Source of the DNA: Bipalium vagum
Taxonomy: Eukaryota
Assembly: GCA_037834085.1 (NCBI GenBank)
Contig: JBBMKC010240414.1
Location: forward strand, 1 to 42,755
Reading direction: 5' to 3'
DNA length: 42,755 nt
In this document: positions 1 through 12,289 of the stretch, piece after piece
Layout of the letters: every line of letters starts with the position of its first letter
Numbering within the stretch: the first letter of the stretch is position 1
The notes under the pieces: model-generated
Seen by the model: only the letters and a program-made list of their open reading frames with translations
The model's database searches: none
Told to the model about the DNA's origin: nothing
Program-made: the position numbers and the translations under genes

Positions 1-49
1 TTTAGAATGGTAGCAAGAATGTCTCCTTACTTTTACTCTTTTCAGAAAA

Positions 50-77
50 TACGCGGTTTTTTTTGAATACCCCTATA
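50..77. mobile_element. Terminal inverted repeat end of a mariner-like element truncated by the window start
   Basis: Reverse complement reads TA-taggggtattcaaaaaaaaccgcg, a mariner-style terminus with a TA target. Confidence 0.35.
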
Positions 78-1296
78 ATAATTTAATATTTTTCATTAAT
101 CTTTTCATAAACGTTTTAATGAATAACATCGATTATTACATAAACCACCAAAAACCGCGGATTTTAAATTTTATTCTATTTTTTCTTCTTTATAATATTT
201 TGTTAATATTATTTATATCATTCAATTTTAGTTTAATGTTTTATCAGTTTGTAAACTTTGCAATTTACTGAAATGCCTATAAAAAGAAAGTTTTTCAACT
301 TTTTTCAAAAAAATTTAAATTAATATTTTGTTTTTATCAAAGCTTTAAATTTGCAATTATATTTGAAAATGAATTTTTTTATATATTATATTTTATATTT
401 CAAAATATTTATATTTCAAGGAATTTTTTCACTATTGCGTATATATTCCTGAAGAATTACAATAGTTCTCCTTGTCTGAGAATAACAATAAAGAAAATAC
501 TTTCTTTAAAATGTGATATTTATTAAAAATGATAATACTTTATAGTTATACAGATTCTTCGAGAAATATAATTTCACAAAGCTTCTTGAAATTTTATTTA
601 TCTTTTTTAATATTCATCAAATGCTTATTAAATTATATTTTCAATGTTAATAGGAGGGTGTTATATTTTTTAAGTTTTTCTAAATTCAGGACATCTGAAC
701 TAATTGAAATATTTGCACTATTAAAGATTGTTTTTATTCTTCAGATTTAACTTTATTTTTTTGTCTTTGCGTTTGACCATTTTTAATTTACAAATATTTA
801 TTTTCGAAACATCATTTATTGGTCACCGTATTCGATCATTTGGTTATTTTGTTCTACCTGGTTATATTTGCGATTGGGGTTAACTTGCATCTGCGCCGTA
901 CTTCAACCCAAATCTCTAGCCAATCATTGGGTCGTTGGGATCGACTATTTGTCTATATCATCCTGGTGATGAATTTCAGAAGATAACCACTTTAAATTAA
1001 GCCTCATCTTCACACCCTTGTAAGCATGGGTTTCATGAATGAGTGCTTGTTCAATTTGATCACTTCCAACATTTGTTCTAGTTCAGTAGAACCTTGATCA
1101 TTTGTCCTACATAAATTTGAGGCATAGTTCCAAGTATGGAAAAAATCTATGACCTCCATTCTCTTGTAGTAGTGAGAATCATGGATGAAAAATTCACTAA
1201 ATCACTATTCACATCTCAACTTTATTTTTGAATCTTTCATGACTTTGTCTTTGCTCTCAAATAATACATTAGTCTACACATAACAGAAATATGTTA

Positions 1297-2596
1297 ACTG
1301 GTGGCCAATAGAGAATGATAATTCTTTGAATTACGTTTGACATAGACAGCATAATGTTAAATTAACTCAATTAAAAGTATTTAATAAAGAATAAAACCAA
1401 AATTTATTAAATTAAAATAGTTTATTATTAAACCTCCTTTTATGGCCAAAACACTTTGTCGAAAGGAATCGATGACTTGGCGAATCATATTTAATGGAAT
1501 TTCTGCAATTGTTTCTTTAATTTTTTTAATCAGTTTTGTACAATTTTCAAAGTTTTTTGTTTTCAGTCTCTTGGATACTTCATCTCAAAAAGAATAATCA
1601 AGAGGACTAAGATCTGGTGAATTTGGTGGCCAATGATTTGGAGCTATTATTGAAATACCAGTCTTTTTGAATGCCGCAATCGTTTCTTTGCTTCTGTGAC
1701 AGCTAGCACCATCTTGCTGATATATGAAATCTCTTCCAATGAGCTCCCATATTTTGCAACGATTGGAAATACATTTTTTATATAAAATCTTGTATCAAAA
1801 GATGTTTTTGTCGGTAAGAATACAGGTTTCGTCGGACCCTGATATGTCAGTCCAACCAATATCATCACTTTCAAAGGATATTTTCTCTTTGGAAAAAGTC
1901 CACCTTTTAAATTTGCATCTTTTCTAGACACAGCATAAACGACGTCGTTGTGTGGATTAAGTTAACCGTCTGCATCAAAAGATATTTCATCACTAAACAT
2001 AATTTTGTTCACCGACTGTTTACTAAATCTTTTTTTTTAACCAATATGAGCACGTCTTTCGTCTATTGATTTGGGACTCAGATAGATAGAGAACTTTTAT
2101 TTTCCTGTAGCACTTAAATACCAAGTTATTATGTTTAATATTTTCAATAGTTCCTCTTAAACATTTGAAATCTAAAGCTAACTTTCTAGCTGATTTCTTT
2201 TTTTGTTTGTTGTAAGGTTTCTGTTAATTTTTTTGATAAATGTTTTCGTCCTTACGGTTCTTGGACGTCCAGAAGAATTTCGAGCAAGTAATGATTTTCC
2301 CTTTTTTATTTGTTTAGTCCATCTATAAATAGTGAACTTTGATACCGTTTTTTGCTACAGCTTCAAAAATTTCGTCCGGTGTTTTCCCATTTTAATAATG
2401 GGTTTTTATCAAATTTCTTATACAGCTCTCATACGTCATTATCTAAAAGAAAATATTGCTAAAAATTATCTATGTTTATTTTGCAAGATATTAAAAACCT
2501 TGGCATAAATTAAATCAATTAATAATTCAAATTTAAATTTTTTTAGTTTAAAAATAATGTATTTAAACAATTTATCATTCTTTATTGGCCACCCGT
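1297..2596 (-). mobile_element. Full-length decayed maT (DD37D) Tc1/mariner-superfamily transposon
   Basis: TIRs actggtggccaatagagaatgataa and (rc) acgggtggccaataaagaatgataa, with TA on both sides. Transposase from ATG at 2439 with FSDE and QQDGASCH...WPPNSPDLSPLDY; 37 residues lie between the 2nd and 3rd D. Stops and frameshifts are present. Confidence 0.92.
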
Positions 2597-2949
2597 TAAT
2601 AAAACCAAAAGATTGGTCAAAAGAAACACAGCTTTATATTTTATATCTTATATATTAATAAAAAAATCGACCAAATGCTCCTATACATAATAAGCAGCTT
2701 GACCAGTGCAAATGCAATCCTAACAAGCCTGTTGTTTGGAGACAAATCACCTGTCTAAAAAAATCACAATATACCCATACCATACATTTAAGAATATAAT
2801 TGTTAGAATCGCACAGATAAACTTTACACAAACTTTTACTAAGACAATATTGATAAAGATTTAATAAAGTATTAATTAGAATTTTATTATAATTGAAAAT
2901 ATTGAAGGAGATTCGAAGATAGAAAAAGAGGCGTAGGAAAAAAGGAGCC

Positions 2950-3520
2950 TTCAGATGTTAGAGAGAGATATTAAAGTATTGAGCTTATGGATTAATCTGT
3001 CTTTCTCTAGGATCTAGCTTCGTCAATATCCTATCGGTATCGGGGATCCAGATCCAAAACAACTGAGATTGAAAGTACAGAGAAATATAGTTGATCGGGT
3101 CCGCACCCTAAGTCGGCTGCTAGGTTTTGGGACTTCGCCTGATTTCTATTTTTGACAATATTTCTTTTGCCATCATAAACAGTTTTGACATCTACTAAAT
3201 GTATCTCTCTGATTCCATGTATCTTTATAATCAAGTCCTCTAATCTCAGTTTCTTATCTTTTCAAAGTTATACAACTTCGTCTACAAGGAAAACATTTTC
3301 ATGAAATGTTCTTCAAAGCTAAGGCTTTAACAGCTAACCTTTTCATAATTCTTCACGTGTACAGAATGTGTAGTTCGAGGCAAAATAACAAAGTCGTCCC
3401 TGAGTCAATTTTAAGCCTCAAATAAGCCACAAATTTCAGATATACATACATATATATATATTCATGTAAAACATGATCTAAGCTCATAAAGTACCGGAAA
3501 TCCTGTACGACTCTTCAGAT
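2950..3520 (-). mobile_element. Probable Penelope-like retroelement relic (GIY-YIG endonuclease C-terminus)
   Basis: Minus-strand fragments GIREIHLVDVK, FSVLSISVVLD and RERQ/IHKLNTL resemble the RxxEHxxD and RExxWIxxLxTL motifs of Penelope GIY-YIG domains. Heavily degraded. Confidence 0.4.
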
Positions 3521-5607
3521 ATAATAATTACTTTATTTTGTAAAATTTAGAACAATAAAACCTTAAAACACCTTATGAAGATCTTGAGAAAGTATAACAC
3601 TTTTATTGATCATTATTTCTGATCGATATTTAATAATTACATTTTATTTTATTTATTAATTAGATTAAGTGTCTTCTAACAGAATATACATAATCAGTGA
3701 TGATGTTAGGCAAGTATATAAATATTTTAAATAAATTATAACTTTATTTAAATTTTATAAATTATTAAAATTGAATATTTATTCTTTTTGCATAATATCA
3801 TAAACTTTGACAAATTAATTAAAGAAATTAAATTTTAATTAAAATTAAAAACAAAATTTTATATTTTTTAATATAATTGAAATATAATTGAAAATTAAAA
3901 TTTTAATAATTTAATTTAATATTAAATATAAAATTTTTTAAAAAAATAATTAATTAATTTTATTAAAATAAAATGAATATAATTGGTTTGAATGTCAAAT
4001 AAAGGAAGAACACTTTTTATCTTCTCGATTATAATTTTGTAAAATAAATATTTTGTTCAACTTTCACTTAATGATTTATAACTAACTATTCGAATAATTT
4101 TGCGGTAACAAATATTAATAATTAATTAAAGATTTTAAATTAAAATTATTAATTTTTAAATATGCAAAAAATATTATTAAGATAAAAATCATTAGATATT
4201 TTACGAAAATAATTGAATGAATAAAACTGTAAGAGATTGAGAGATAACAGTTAAAAATAGAGAAATGCTACTTATCATTTCGGGATTTATTAATTTAATT
4301 AATAACCCCTTTTAGATTAAATATCCTTACTTTGCATGATTAAGCTACGATTTCAAATAATACTAAAATTGTGTTTATATTAATTAGGCTGGGAAAAAGA
4401 AAGTGTGATCATAGGAGATTTTATCTTTAACTGTTTTTATTAAAATTTTAGAAATTATAAAGATGATATATTTAATTATTAATAAAATAATTAATATTTG
4501 TTATTTTTTTTATTAATATACGACAATGTCTTATAATTATATTAATTAAAAAAATATATAATTAATTAAGAAAATTTGGTTAACTTTATTATTTAAAACA
4601 CATCAAATAATCTTTTATTAAAATAAATAATGTAGCACTTTTAACGAACCAAAACAAAAAAAATAATAATAATAAACATTTTCAATTTTTTATAAATTTT
4701 TTTTTCAATTTTTGATTATTTTTTGTTACATTTGACTGAAAGATTATTTTACTTAAAACAAGAAAATTATTATAAAATTTTTTTTTTGCAATAGGTTTAC
4801 ACAAAAAATGAATTTTAAAATGTAGAGTAGAGTATATATGAATATAACAAGTAATTGCAATTGGCAATATTTCTAACAATGGAAAAGATTTTAATGAATA
4901 ATTCGACGCCATTTTTTCATTTATTAATGTTAATGAAAGTCATTGTTTTAAATATAATTTTATTGCGTTGAACACAACCTTGTTCACGTTAAGCGATCAC
5001 TTGTTAAAAATAAAAAAATGAAATATTTATTAAAACAATTCGGTGATGGATATATTTTTATAAAAATATAAATGTTTATAATTAATGATATCATGTTTAT
5101 GATATAATTTGTCAAAAAATATTATTTTAACTTGGCCAAATTTCAACCTGGTATTAATGTGATAATTGTGATTTGACATATAATTATAACTTTCCCAACA
5201 AATAAATAATAACTGAAATGGACATTTTATATCGAACATCACAAAATTAATGTTTTAATGAGTATAAATCCTTCCTCCAACTTTGGCTTTTCCCAGATTT
5301 CAAATAATGGGGAATTAAAAATGGGAATTATTATTATTATCTAATTATAGTTACAAAAATGTTTATGTAAATATTAACAAAATCTGGTTAGATTTATAAA
5401 GCGTTTTTTTAGGGAATTGATAAAGAATATATACCTATTTTTATTTTTAGTTGTTTTAATTAATATGTGGAAGAAATTGGGAAAAATCTTTTAACATATT
5501 GGGATTAATGTCTAACAGAATAATGCAGAAAAATATTATTTATATATTATTTTTATATATAGTACTATCACTCATTTAACATTAAATTTACTTTAATTAT
5601 TTTTTAG

Positions 5608-5758
5608 GAACGGTATTGTCTTAATATTCAAGTCAATGATCTTGGGGTCCCAATTTCATTATCTGTAACGGGAACAATCTGCATCCAAATATTAGATGAC
5701 AATGACAACACTCCAGTTATAACTGTCGTCAATTCTCAATCTGAAACAGATACCACTG
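5608..5758 (+). CDS. Protocadherin-like gene, internal exon A (C-terminal half of a cadherin repeat); upstream exons lie outside the window
   Basis: Acceptor ttttttAG, donor G|GTTGGT. Translates ERYCLNIQVNDLGVPISLSVTGTICIQILDDNDNTPVITVVNSQSETDTT(G), with cadherin DxGxP and DxNDNxP Ca-binding motifs. 151 nt; ends phase 1, matching exon B. Not in the ORF track. Confidence 0.93.
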
Positions 5759-6149
5759 GTTGGTTTTATTTTTATTAATTAATAAAATTCACAGTTGTTT
5801 AATTTAATAATATTTGTATTAGTACGTGACGGGTAAAGATTTATTCTTCATAAATAAATGCAAATAAATTTTAAAATGGAATAAGTTCACTTTGACCTAT
5901 TCTCATTAAAATTGTAACTGCAAAATAAAAATAAAATATAAATATTCCTTTATATTTATATTTTATCACTTTTAATAATCAAAACCAAACCTATTTAACT
6001 AGCTATTATATGATCTGGTCTTTTTTAGTTCATTATAAACTTACTTCATATTAAATGTACAAGTATAACTCAGATTTGTAAAAATATTTGAAAAGTTTTG
6101 CTTGTAGTCATATCATTACTTTCACGGGACTTAACAACAACATTAAAAA

Positions 6150-6530
6150 GCAACCAGTTATACAAGTCCATCATCATTTACTGATATATGGTCATATTTT
6201 AAAGGTGAAAACCACTCAAAAGCGATTATTTTCTTCATTCTGGAATCGCCAAAAGCTTGTACCAACATTTTATGTGCCTCGATTGCCGTTTTGCCGAGTT
6301 TAAAGCATAATTGAGACATCATTTCCTCTAAAATTTCACCTATCCTGAAAATCAAAATTGATACGTTTTAAAATTTTTTTTTAAAAGTAACTGCGTGAGT
6401 GTATGACCTTGAATTTAAAATATTCGTGTCGCCATATAATTATTTTATTAGATTAAACTAATATTTTATTATTTTGGTTGTTTAATTAATTTTTATGGCT
6501 CCTTTCCGGGAATTTATTGGACACACCTTG
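6150..6530 (-). mobile_element. mariner 5' fragment (TIR plus N-terminal HTH)
   Basis: TIR (rc) TA-caaggtgtgtccaataaattccc; peptide CFKLGKTAIEAHKMLVQAFGD...FEWF, typical of the mariner HTH. Confidence 0.8.
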
Positions 6531-6554
6531 TATTTTTTTAAAACCTAAAGAAAA

Positions 6555-7660
6555 TTCTGGACCATCAATTTTAATTCACCAATTGTTATATCATGATTAT
6601 TTATTGATCATAATTTTAATCACATCCATTTTAATTGGGATCAATTATTAATGAGGATCAACAAACGGTCATTGATATTTTTAATTAGATCATTTTTAAT
6701 TGACCATAAAATTTATGTACAATAATTGATAACAAAGATAAGTTAATAATGACTTTATTTAATTTTGATTAAATCTAAAGTTTTATCGAAAGAAATTTAT
6801 CGCTCGTAATCGATCCAAATAAATTCCATCATAAAAAAGTAACATATTGGTAAATCTTTTTTAACTTTATGGTTGTAACTGTCAACATTTTGTAATTGCA
6901 CATTTTGAATATTATCCACTAACTCATATTTATGGCATGCTGACTTATGTTCGAGGTCTGCCTCTTTGTTAGTGCATTTGGAAACATGCCTCTCATCTAT
7001 AAGAATTATACTTCCTGGACAGATAACTCTGAATTATATGTAATATTTTTGTTTTACTTTTATTCTGAATATTGGCACTATTGCCTTTTGTGGAATTTGA
7101 CTATAACTGACAATAACAATGCCAAATATTGTTGGTTTGATAATCTATTTCTGTGCGCTTTAACTTTATGGTTAAGCATTGTTTCATCAATCTGAGCAAT
7201 TACACCAGGACTACCTAAGCTAATGGGACTTTTCTTTTGAAAATCATTTTAATCTGTTTCGCAACCTGAAAATGAAGAACTTTCTGTGGAGAAATTCATT
7301 AGAAACTAATTCTACACCTGTGTATTTGGAATGCATTTCAAGAAAAAAGTTCTTTTCCTCAAACCTTATTTCATTATTATTTAATTCTTTTATCATTTAA
7401 AATATTCTAACCTAATTATGTAAAAGATATAAAAGGATTTTTAATATTTCGTCACTTTAAATAAAGTTTACAGTAAAACAAAAGTACTTTTTCACTTTTT
7501 TTTGTTATCATTAAAAAACTTTCACAATTCCTATTATTCCTACAATTATAATAGAATTAAATGTATAATATTTAAATTTATTCTTTAAATAAAAATGATT
7601 AACTTCTTCCTTGGAATAAATCATTAGTCCTCAGTTAAAATAATTTAATCAATGCCATTC
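6555..7660 (-). mobile_element. Merlin (IS1016/ISXO2-like) DNA transposon relic
   Basis: LGSPGVIAQIDETMLNHKVKAHR and HKSACHKYELVD...QNVDSYNHKVKK match Merlin QIDE...KxHRGR and HxxVNH...TQxVES motifs. Degenerate short subterminal repeats (gatca-tttaatt) lie at about 6560-6720. Confidence 0.8.
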
Positions 7661-7733
7661 ACTAATATATTATGTAAATTCCAATCACAGAAACGAAATT
7701 CTGATTTTTAAATGTGTAAAACATTATTTATAA

Positions 7734-8553
7734 TATTGGATTGTTAAGTTAGAAATGCGCGTTTTTTAAGAAAAAAGAGTTCTTTGGCCGAAAAGAACAA
7801 ATATTTATTTATATTATCCAAAAAGACAATTTCTATCATATCGCCATCATTCACGAAAAATTCACTTTTCTGAAATAGAAAGTATTTGGACACCCAAATT
7901 CTGACGTCTTCAACATTTTGAAAATTTTTCCACCCAACAGGTACTGCATTGACCGGAATAAGTGATACTACGATGAGGCCAGATCAGAACAATATGCCGG
8001 ATGAGACTGAATTATCCGACCAATTTCTTTAATTTTTGGAAAAAAGATTATGTTAAGTGTATGGTGGAATTTTGAAGGAATTATCTACCTTGAGCAGGTT
8101 TCTACTCGTTCCTAAGTGAATACTGAGTTTTACGCAGAACAGTTGAGACTTGTCTATAATATTTTTAAACGGAAAGCACGCCCCGTTACAACAAGATAAT
8201 GCTACAGCTCACCGAGCTCGTTTGGCCAGAGCTGAACTTGAGAAAATGGATGGAGTACAATTACTTTCACATCCACCATACAGTCAAGACGTAGTTCCTT
8301 CAAACTATTTCGCATTTCTTCGGGGTCAGCGGTTTGAAACAGTGGAAGAGATCGAACAGGCTTTTCGTGAGTTTTTTAACTCGATATCTAAGAAATGGTA
8401 TTTTCATCAGATCCGACAATTAGTAGAAAAGTGGCCTAAGGTCATTGAAAACAATGGACTATATTTCGAAGACTAATCCTCTTTTTTTCTTTTTTTTATG
8501 TACACTTGAATAAATGTTGTTTTGTGTGAAAAGACTGTTGATACACCCTAGTA
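7734..8553 (+). mobile_element. mariner transposon, internally deleted or decayed
   Basis: KKIMLSVWWNFEGII and QQDNATAH...HPPYSQDVVPSNY...LVEKWPKVIENNGLYFED*. Third catalytic D is replaced by N, with spacing 35. TA-flanked TIR-like ends are present but do not match each other. Confidence 0.88.
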
Positions 8554-9291
8554 ATAATAAAATACGTAACAATTGAAAGATTTGTGAAGTTCACTTAAAT
8601 TTTATTTAAATTTGAAAAGAATTTGTTTAAATCGTGCCTATATTAAAATGTTTATAAATGATAAATTAAATCTTTGCAAAATTAATAATTAAACAAATTT
8701 AAGCACTATATTTAAACAAATATCATTCTATTGAGTAACATCAAATGAATTCGGCATTATTTTATGATTTTATAATTGTTATAATAAAATATAACTCCCA
8801 CATTTATTTTAAATATGAACTCAGTTAAAGAATGAATGTATTTGTATATTAAACTCTAAAATTTATGATTTAGAAAGGGATTTATAAAAAGAATGAAATT
8901 GTTGTCCAATTTCTTTAATATTTTCCAATTATAATATTTTGGCAATATTTTATTTAACTAAGGAAAACTCGTTTTCGTTGTACATATTAATAGTTAAGAA
9001 ATGTGGAAGGAGAATAAAATGGAGTTTACCAATAAGGATAAACTGGGAAACCCCCAATGTATAATTAGTTCATGAATAATTATCTCTGGATTAAGCATAA
9101 GCTGAATAACTTGTTCAATATTAAAGTAAATCAGATATTTTAATTGGGTTTAAAAGAATGGTTGTTTTAATCGAACAATTCTTTGTATTTCAGTATTATT
9201 ATTTTCAGTTTACATAATTAAGCATGTGATAAAAAAATATTATTTTATAATTATTATCAACATAATTATAATGATTTCTTGTAATGTATTA

Positions 9292-9978
9292 TACGGGTCG
9301 TTTACTTAATGGGAATTAGACTTTAAAACAATTAATTTTATTTAATATAAGAATCAGATTTTTAAAATTTTATGTAAACATGTAATTTTTTTAATAAGTT
9401 GATACATATAATTGTTTCTGGTAACAAAAATATGACAAAATTACTCAGAAGAAAAGTCTTATGACAAATATACGAAATTTTGACGAAGGAAATTGGATAC
9501 TGTTATAAAATAGTAAATAATTTGTCCAATAACATAATAAAAATTAATATATCAACAGGATGGAGCTCCTGTTCATTACTATTTTTAACAGCACATTTCA
9601 CGGAAGGTGGGCTGAGACAGCAGGAACATTTCATTAGAGTGCGAGATCACTCGATCGTTCCAAAATGAATTTCTGTCTTTTGGGATATATTATATAGTAT
9701 ATAAAATATATATATTATATATAATATATATAACATATATAAAATTAATGTAATATAAAGTCAAGGATTTATATAAGAGAACTTAAGAAACTAAAAGATT
9801 TGAATTCAAACAAGAAGTAGCTAAAACATTACCACAAACGTGTAAAATACTATGACATCTTTTTATTGATTACAACATTGTATTAGTTTTAATGGAAGCT
9901 CTCTTGAAAAACATTATTATCATAAGGATATTTAATACTTTTACATTTTAAAATCTGATGCTTACTTCTCACATCCTT
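9292..9978 (+). mobile_element. rosa-like (Tc1/mariner) deletion derivative, copy 1 of a 3-copy family, interrupted by a TA-rich microsatellite at about 9686-9740
   Basis: YQQDGAPVH and SARSLD remnants. The end motif atctgatgcttactt and accacaaacgtgtaaaa are shared with 16294-16963 and 23082-23727. Confidence 0.65.
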
Positions 9979-10022
9979 TATTAGTAACTATTGTTTTTAT
10001 TAATTTATATTTATTATTATTT

Positions 10023-10600
10023 ATAACCGGATTTTTCAGAAATCTAAAACGAATATAAATTTTGTTTCTTTGAATAATGAAACATGTACAAAACTAAAAT
10101 TTTTAATGAAAAAAAATTTAGACGAATGGAGTTTTTTTAATAAGTTACAAGAATTGATCAATATGTCCTCCACCAGTATAATATTTAACCGTATGTTCAA
10201 ATTTAAAATTGCTGCTAAAAATTCCTCTTGAGTAAAGCGAGTACATTCATCAATAATTCTGGTCTTCAAGATTCTAATGGTCAAGGAGTCTTATTGTGAA
10301 AAACACGTGGTTTCAGGATGTCCCAAAACCAATTGTCCAAAGAGTTTAGATCTGATATTTGCGGTGGTCAGATCTTCAGGGATTCGCAAAAGAATAATGT
10401 GGTGATGCATTATCCTGCATGAAAGTAACAGATTCCAGGTTGGCCTTTTTAGCAGGTTGATACCGTACATGATTTATGAACATCATTAGAACATTATGAA
10501 AAGTGACAGTCGACTCAAAGCAATAATTTTTTAATGGGAAGTTTGCAGTGAATCTTATCTATACGCACTTTCTTAGGATGGAAGTTTAATCAACTTGTAT
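10023..10600 (-). mobile_element. Tc1/mariner (rosa-like) transposase 3' fragment
   Basis: LHPKKV, FMQDNASPH, PPQISDLNSLDNWFWDILKPRVF and LKTRIIDEC. Confidence 0.75.
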
Positions 10601-10689
10601 TTAGTAACTTAGTAAAATTTAAACTACATTCAATTCTTTTTTTATGCGATTTTGAAGTTATCGGTTTATTTTTTAATGAAACTATACTT

Positions 10690-11446
10690 ATTTTTATGGT
10701 GTATAAACCATGTTGCATTAGCAATTGCTGAAATTAAACCATACACATTAAATACATGTTGATAAGAAGTTTGGCCTGAATGCATATTTAATAAAGATGT
10801 ACCAAATCAATTAACAACCATATCATCAGAAATTATTTTACTGGCAAAAGAAATTGGTGGTGAAGGCTTTGATAAATTTGACGAGAACGATATTGAAGAA
10901 TTGCTTGAGGACGAAGCCTTGTGTGACAAAAAAATTTTAGAAAGTTTGAAATTAGATCCTTTTGAAGATCCTTTTGAAGACAATGAATCAGAAGAAAAAC
11001 CAGTCTCGTTTAGTGCCAATTTAATTTGCGAAGGTCTTCAACTTGCAAGTAAATTGGAAAATCATTTTCTATTAAATGACAATGATTCAGAGCGAGCATT
11101 AAAATTTACACGTGATCTGAAAATTTGTATGTCAGGTTACCGAGAACTCTATAAAAATTTATCCAATCCATCATAGTCATTAATTATTGACTATTTTATG
11201 CATTAATAATAATAAATGTGGATTGTTTTCATGGTTTTTTCGTTTAATTGCTATTTTTCGTATTTATAAACAGCTAAGACCCTAAAAATAATAAAATAAA
11301 AAATAATATTTTCAAATTCCATTAGATAAAAATTTCCAGGACAGTGGTCCGTATCTATCATTTTGTATATAAATGTTTTTTTTTTAGGTTTTTTTATGTG
11401 CGACTTTTTCTGGTCCGTATCTACCACATAAAAAGAGAATTGAGTG
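10690..11446 (+). mobile_element. pogo/Tigger-like transposon 3' fragment
   Basis: VWPEC...LAKEIGGEGFDKFDENDIEELL...ERALKFTRDL...YRELY is a Tigger-type C-terminus. 3' TIR ...aaaagagaattgagtg-TA with a subterminal repeat tggtccgtatcta x2. Confidence 0.85.
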
Positions 11447-12015
11447 TATTTAGTATTTTTCATTTTCTACTGATTTTACACTTTAAAACTAGGAATTCAA
11501 AAAAACGTGCTATAAAAATAAATACAGATTTTTTCACAAAAGTAGTCTACATGCTCAATCATATATCTAAAGGATCCGCGTAGACTAGTTTTGTTGAAAA
11601 TGCAAAAAGTAAAGATTGAAACTGAACAACATCAACTTTTGACGACAAAAAATCGAAAAAAATCCACTGAGCTTCTAATTGTGAAAAATTAACCTGTTTG
11701 GATTACTGAATGAATTTTTGGATTCAACAATTTTTAAAAATAAGTAAATTAAGAAAAAATTTTTAATCAGGTACTAATCACGTATTCCAGTTTTTCAGAC
11801 AGCTGGCTTTTTATTCTTAAATTCCTCATGCATTTTACGGAATTTTAGACAATTCCAAGACAAAAGAAATGCACAAGATAAATTATGTAGCCAAAAATAT
11901 CGAACAATTTAATATCAAATATTGGTGAATATATTTGACTTACCGCTATTTTGTTTTCTCAATGCTCCTGGTACTTCCGTTCCAAATTTTAAAACTGTAT
12001 TTAATTTATAATTAT

Positions 12016-12289
12016 AACAAGCAACAACAGTCATCTTTAGCAAAGAGTCTTTTGAAGGCACTAAGAATACAATGGGTTGCAATAACACCAGAGGGCGACC
12101 CGAGGACCCCTTGTCGCTCTTGGTGATACCGTTTTATTGAAGAAGTTTTGATTCAGTTCTTAGGATGCGGATACAGTATTTTTGTCGGTGTTTTGATTCG
12201 ATAAGATTGAGAGGAGTTACGGACAAAACGTTTTATAAAAAGTGAGGAGTTACGTGCACAGGAGCACACGTTATTATGTCTAAGTATAA
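12016..12289. mobile_element. Possible non-autonomous Helentron/DINE-like element
   Basis: Starts AACAAG and ends GTATAA like DINE-1-type elements. Contains internal hairpins (12086-12125 and about 12252-12271) and a direct repeat gaggagttacg x2. No ORF. Confidence 0.3.

Noticed and set aside
529-750. This and other short F/I/L/K/N-rich ORFs (e.g. 4682-4912, 22240-23054, 27409-27645, 32451-32798)
   Set aside because: Composition expected from random AT-rich DNA or antisense TE frames; no motifs or splice support.
2700-2820. LLFGDK peptide resembling a LINE ORF2 C-terminus
   Set aside because: Too short and degraded to support a call.
3395-3415. IDSGTT as a retroviral aspartyl protease motif (- strand)
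   Set aside because: Isolated short match with no supporting gag or RT context.
3697-3760. RTGATGA box C motifs (also at about 15951 and 34799) as intronic snoRNAs
   Set aside because: No suitably spaced box D with a terminal stem.
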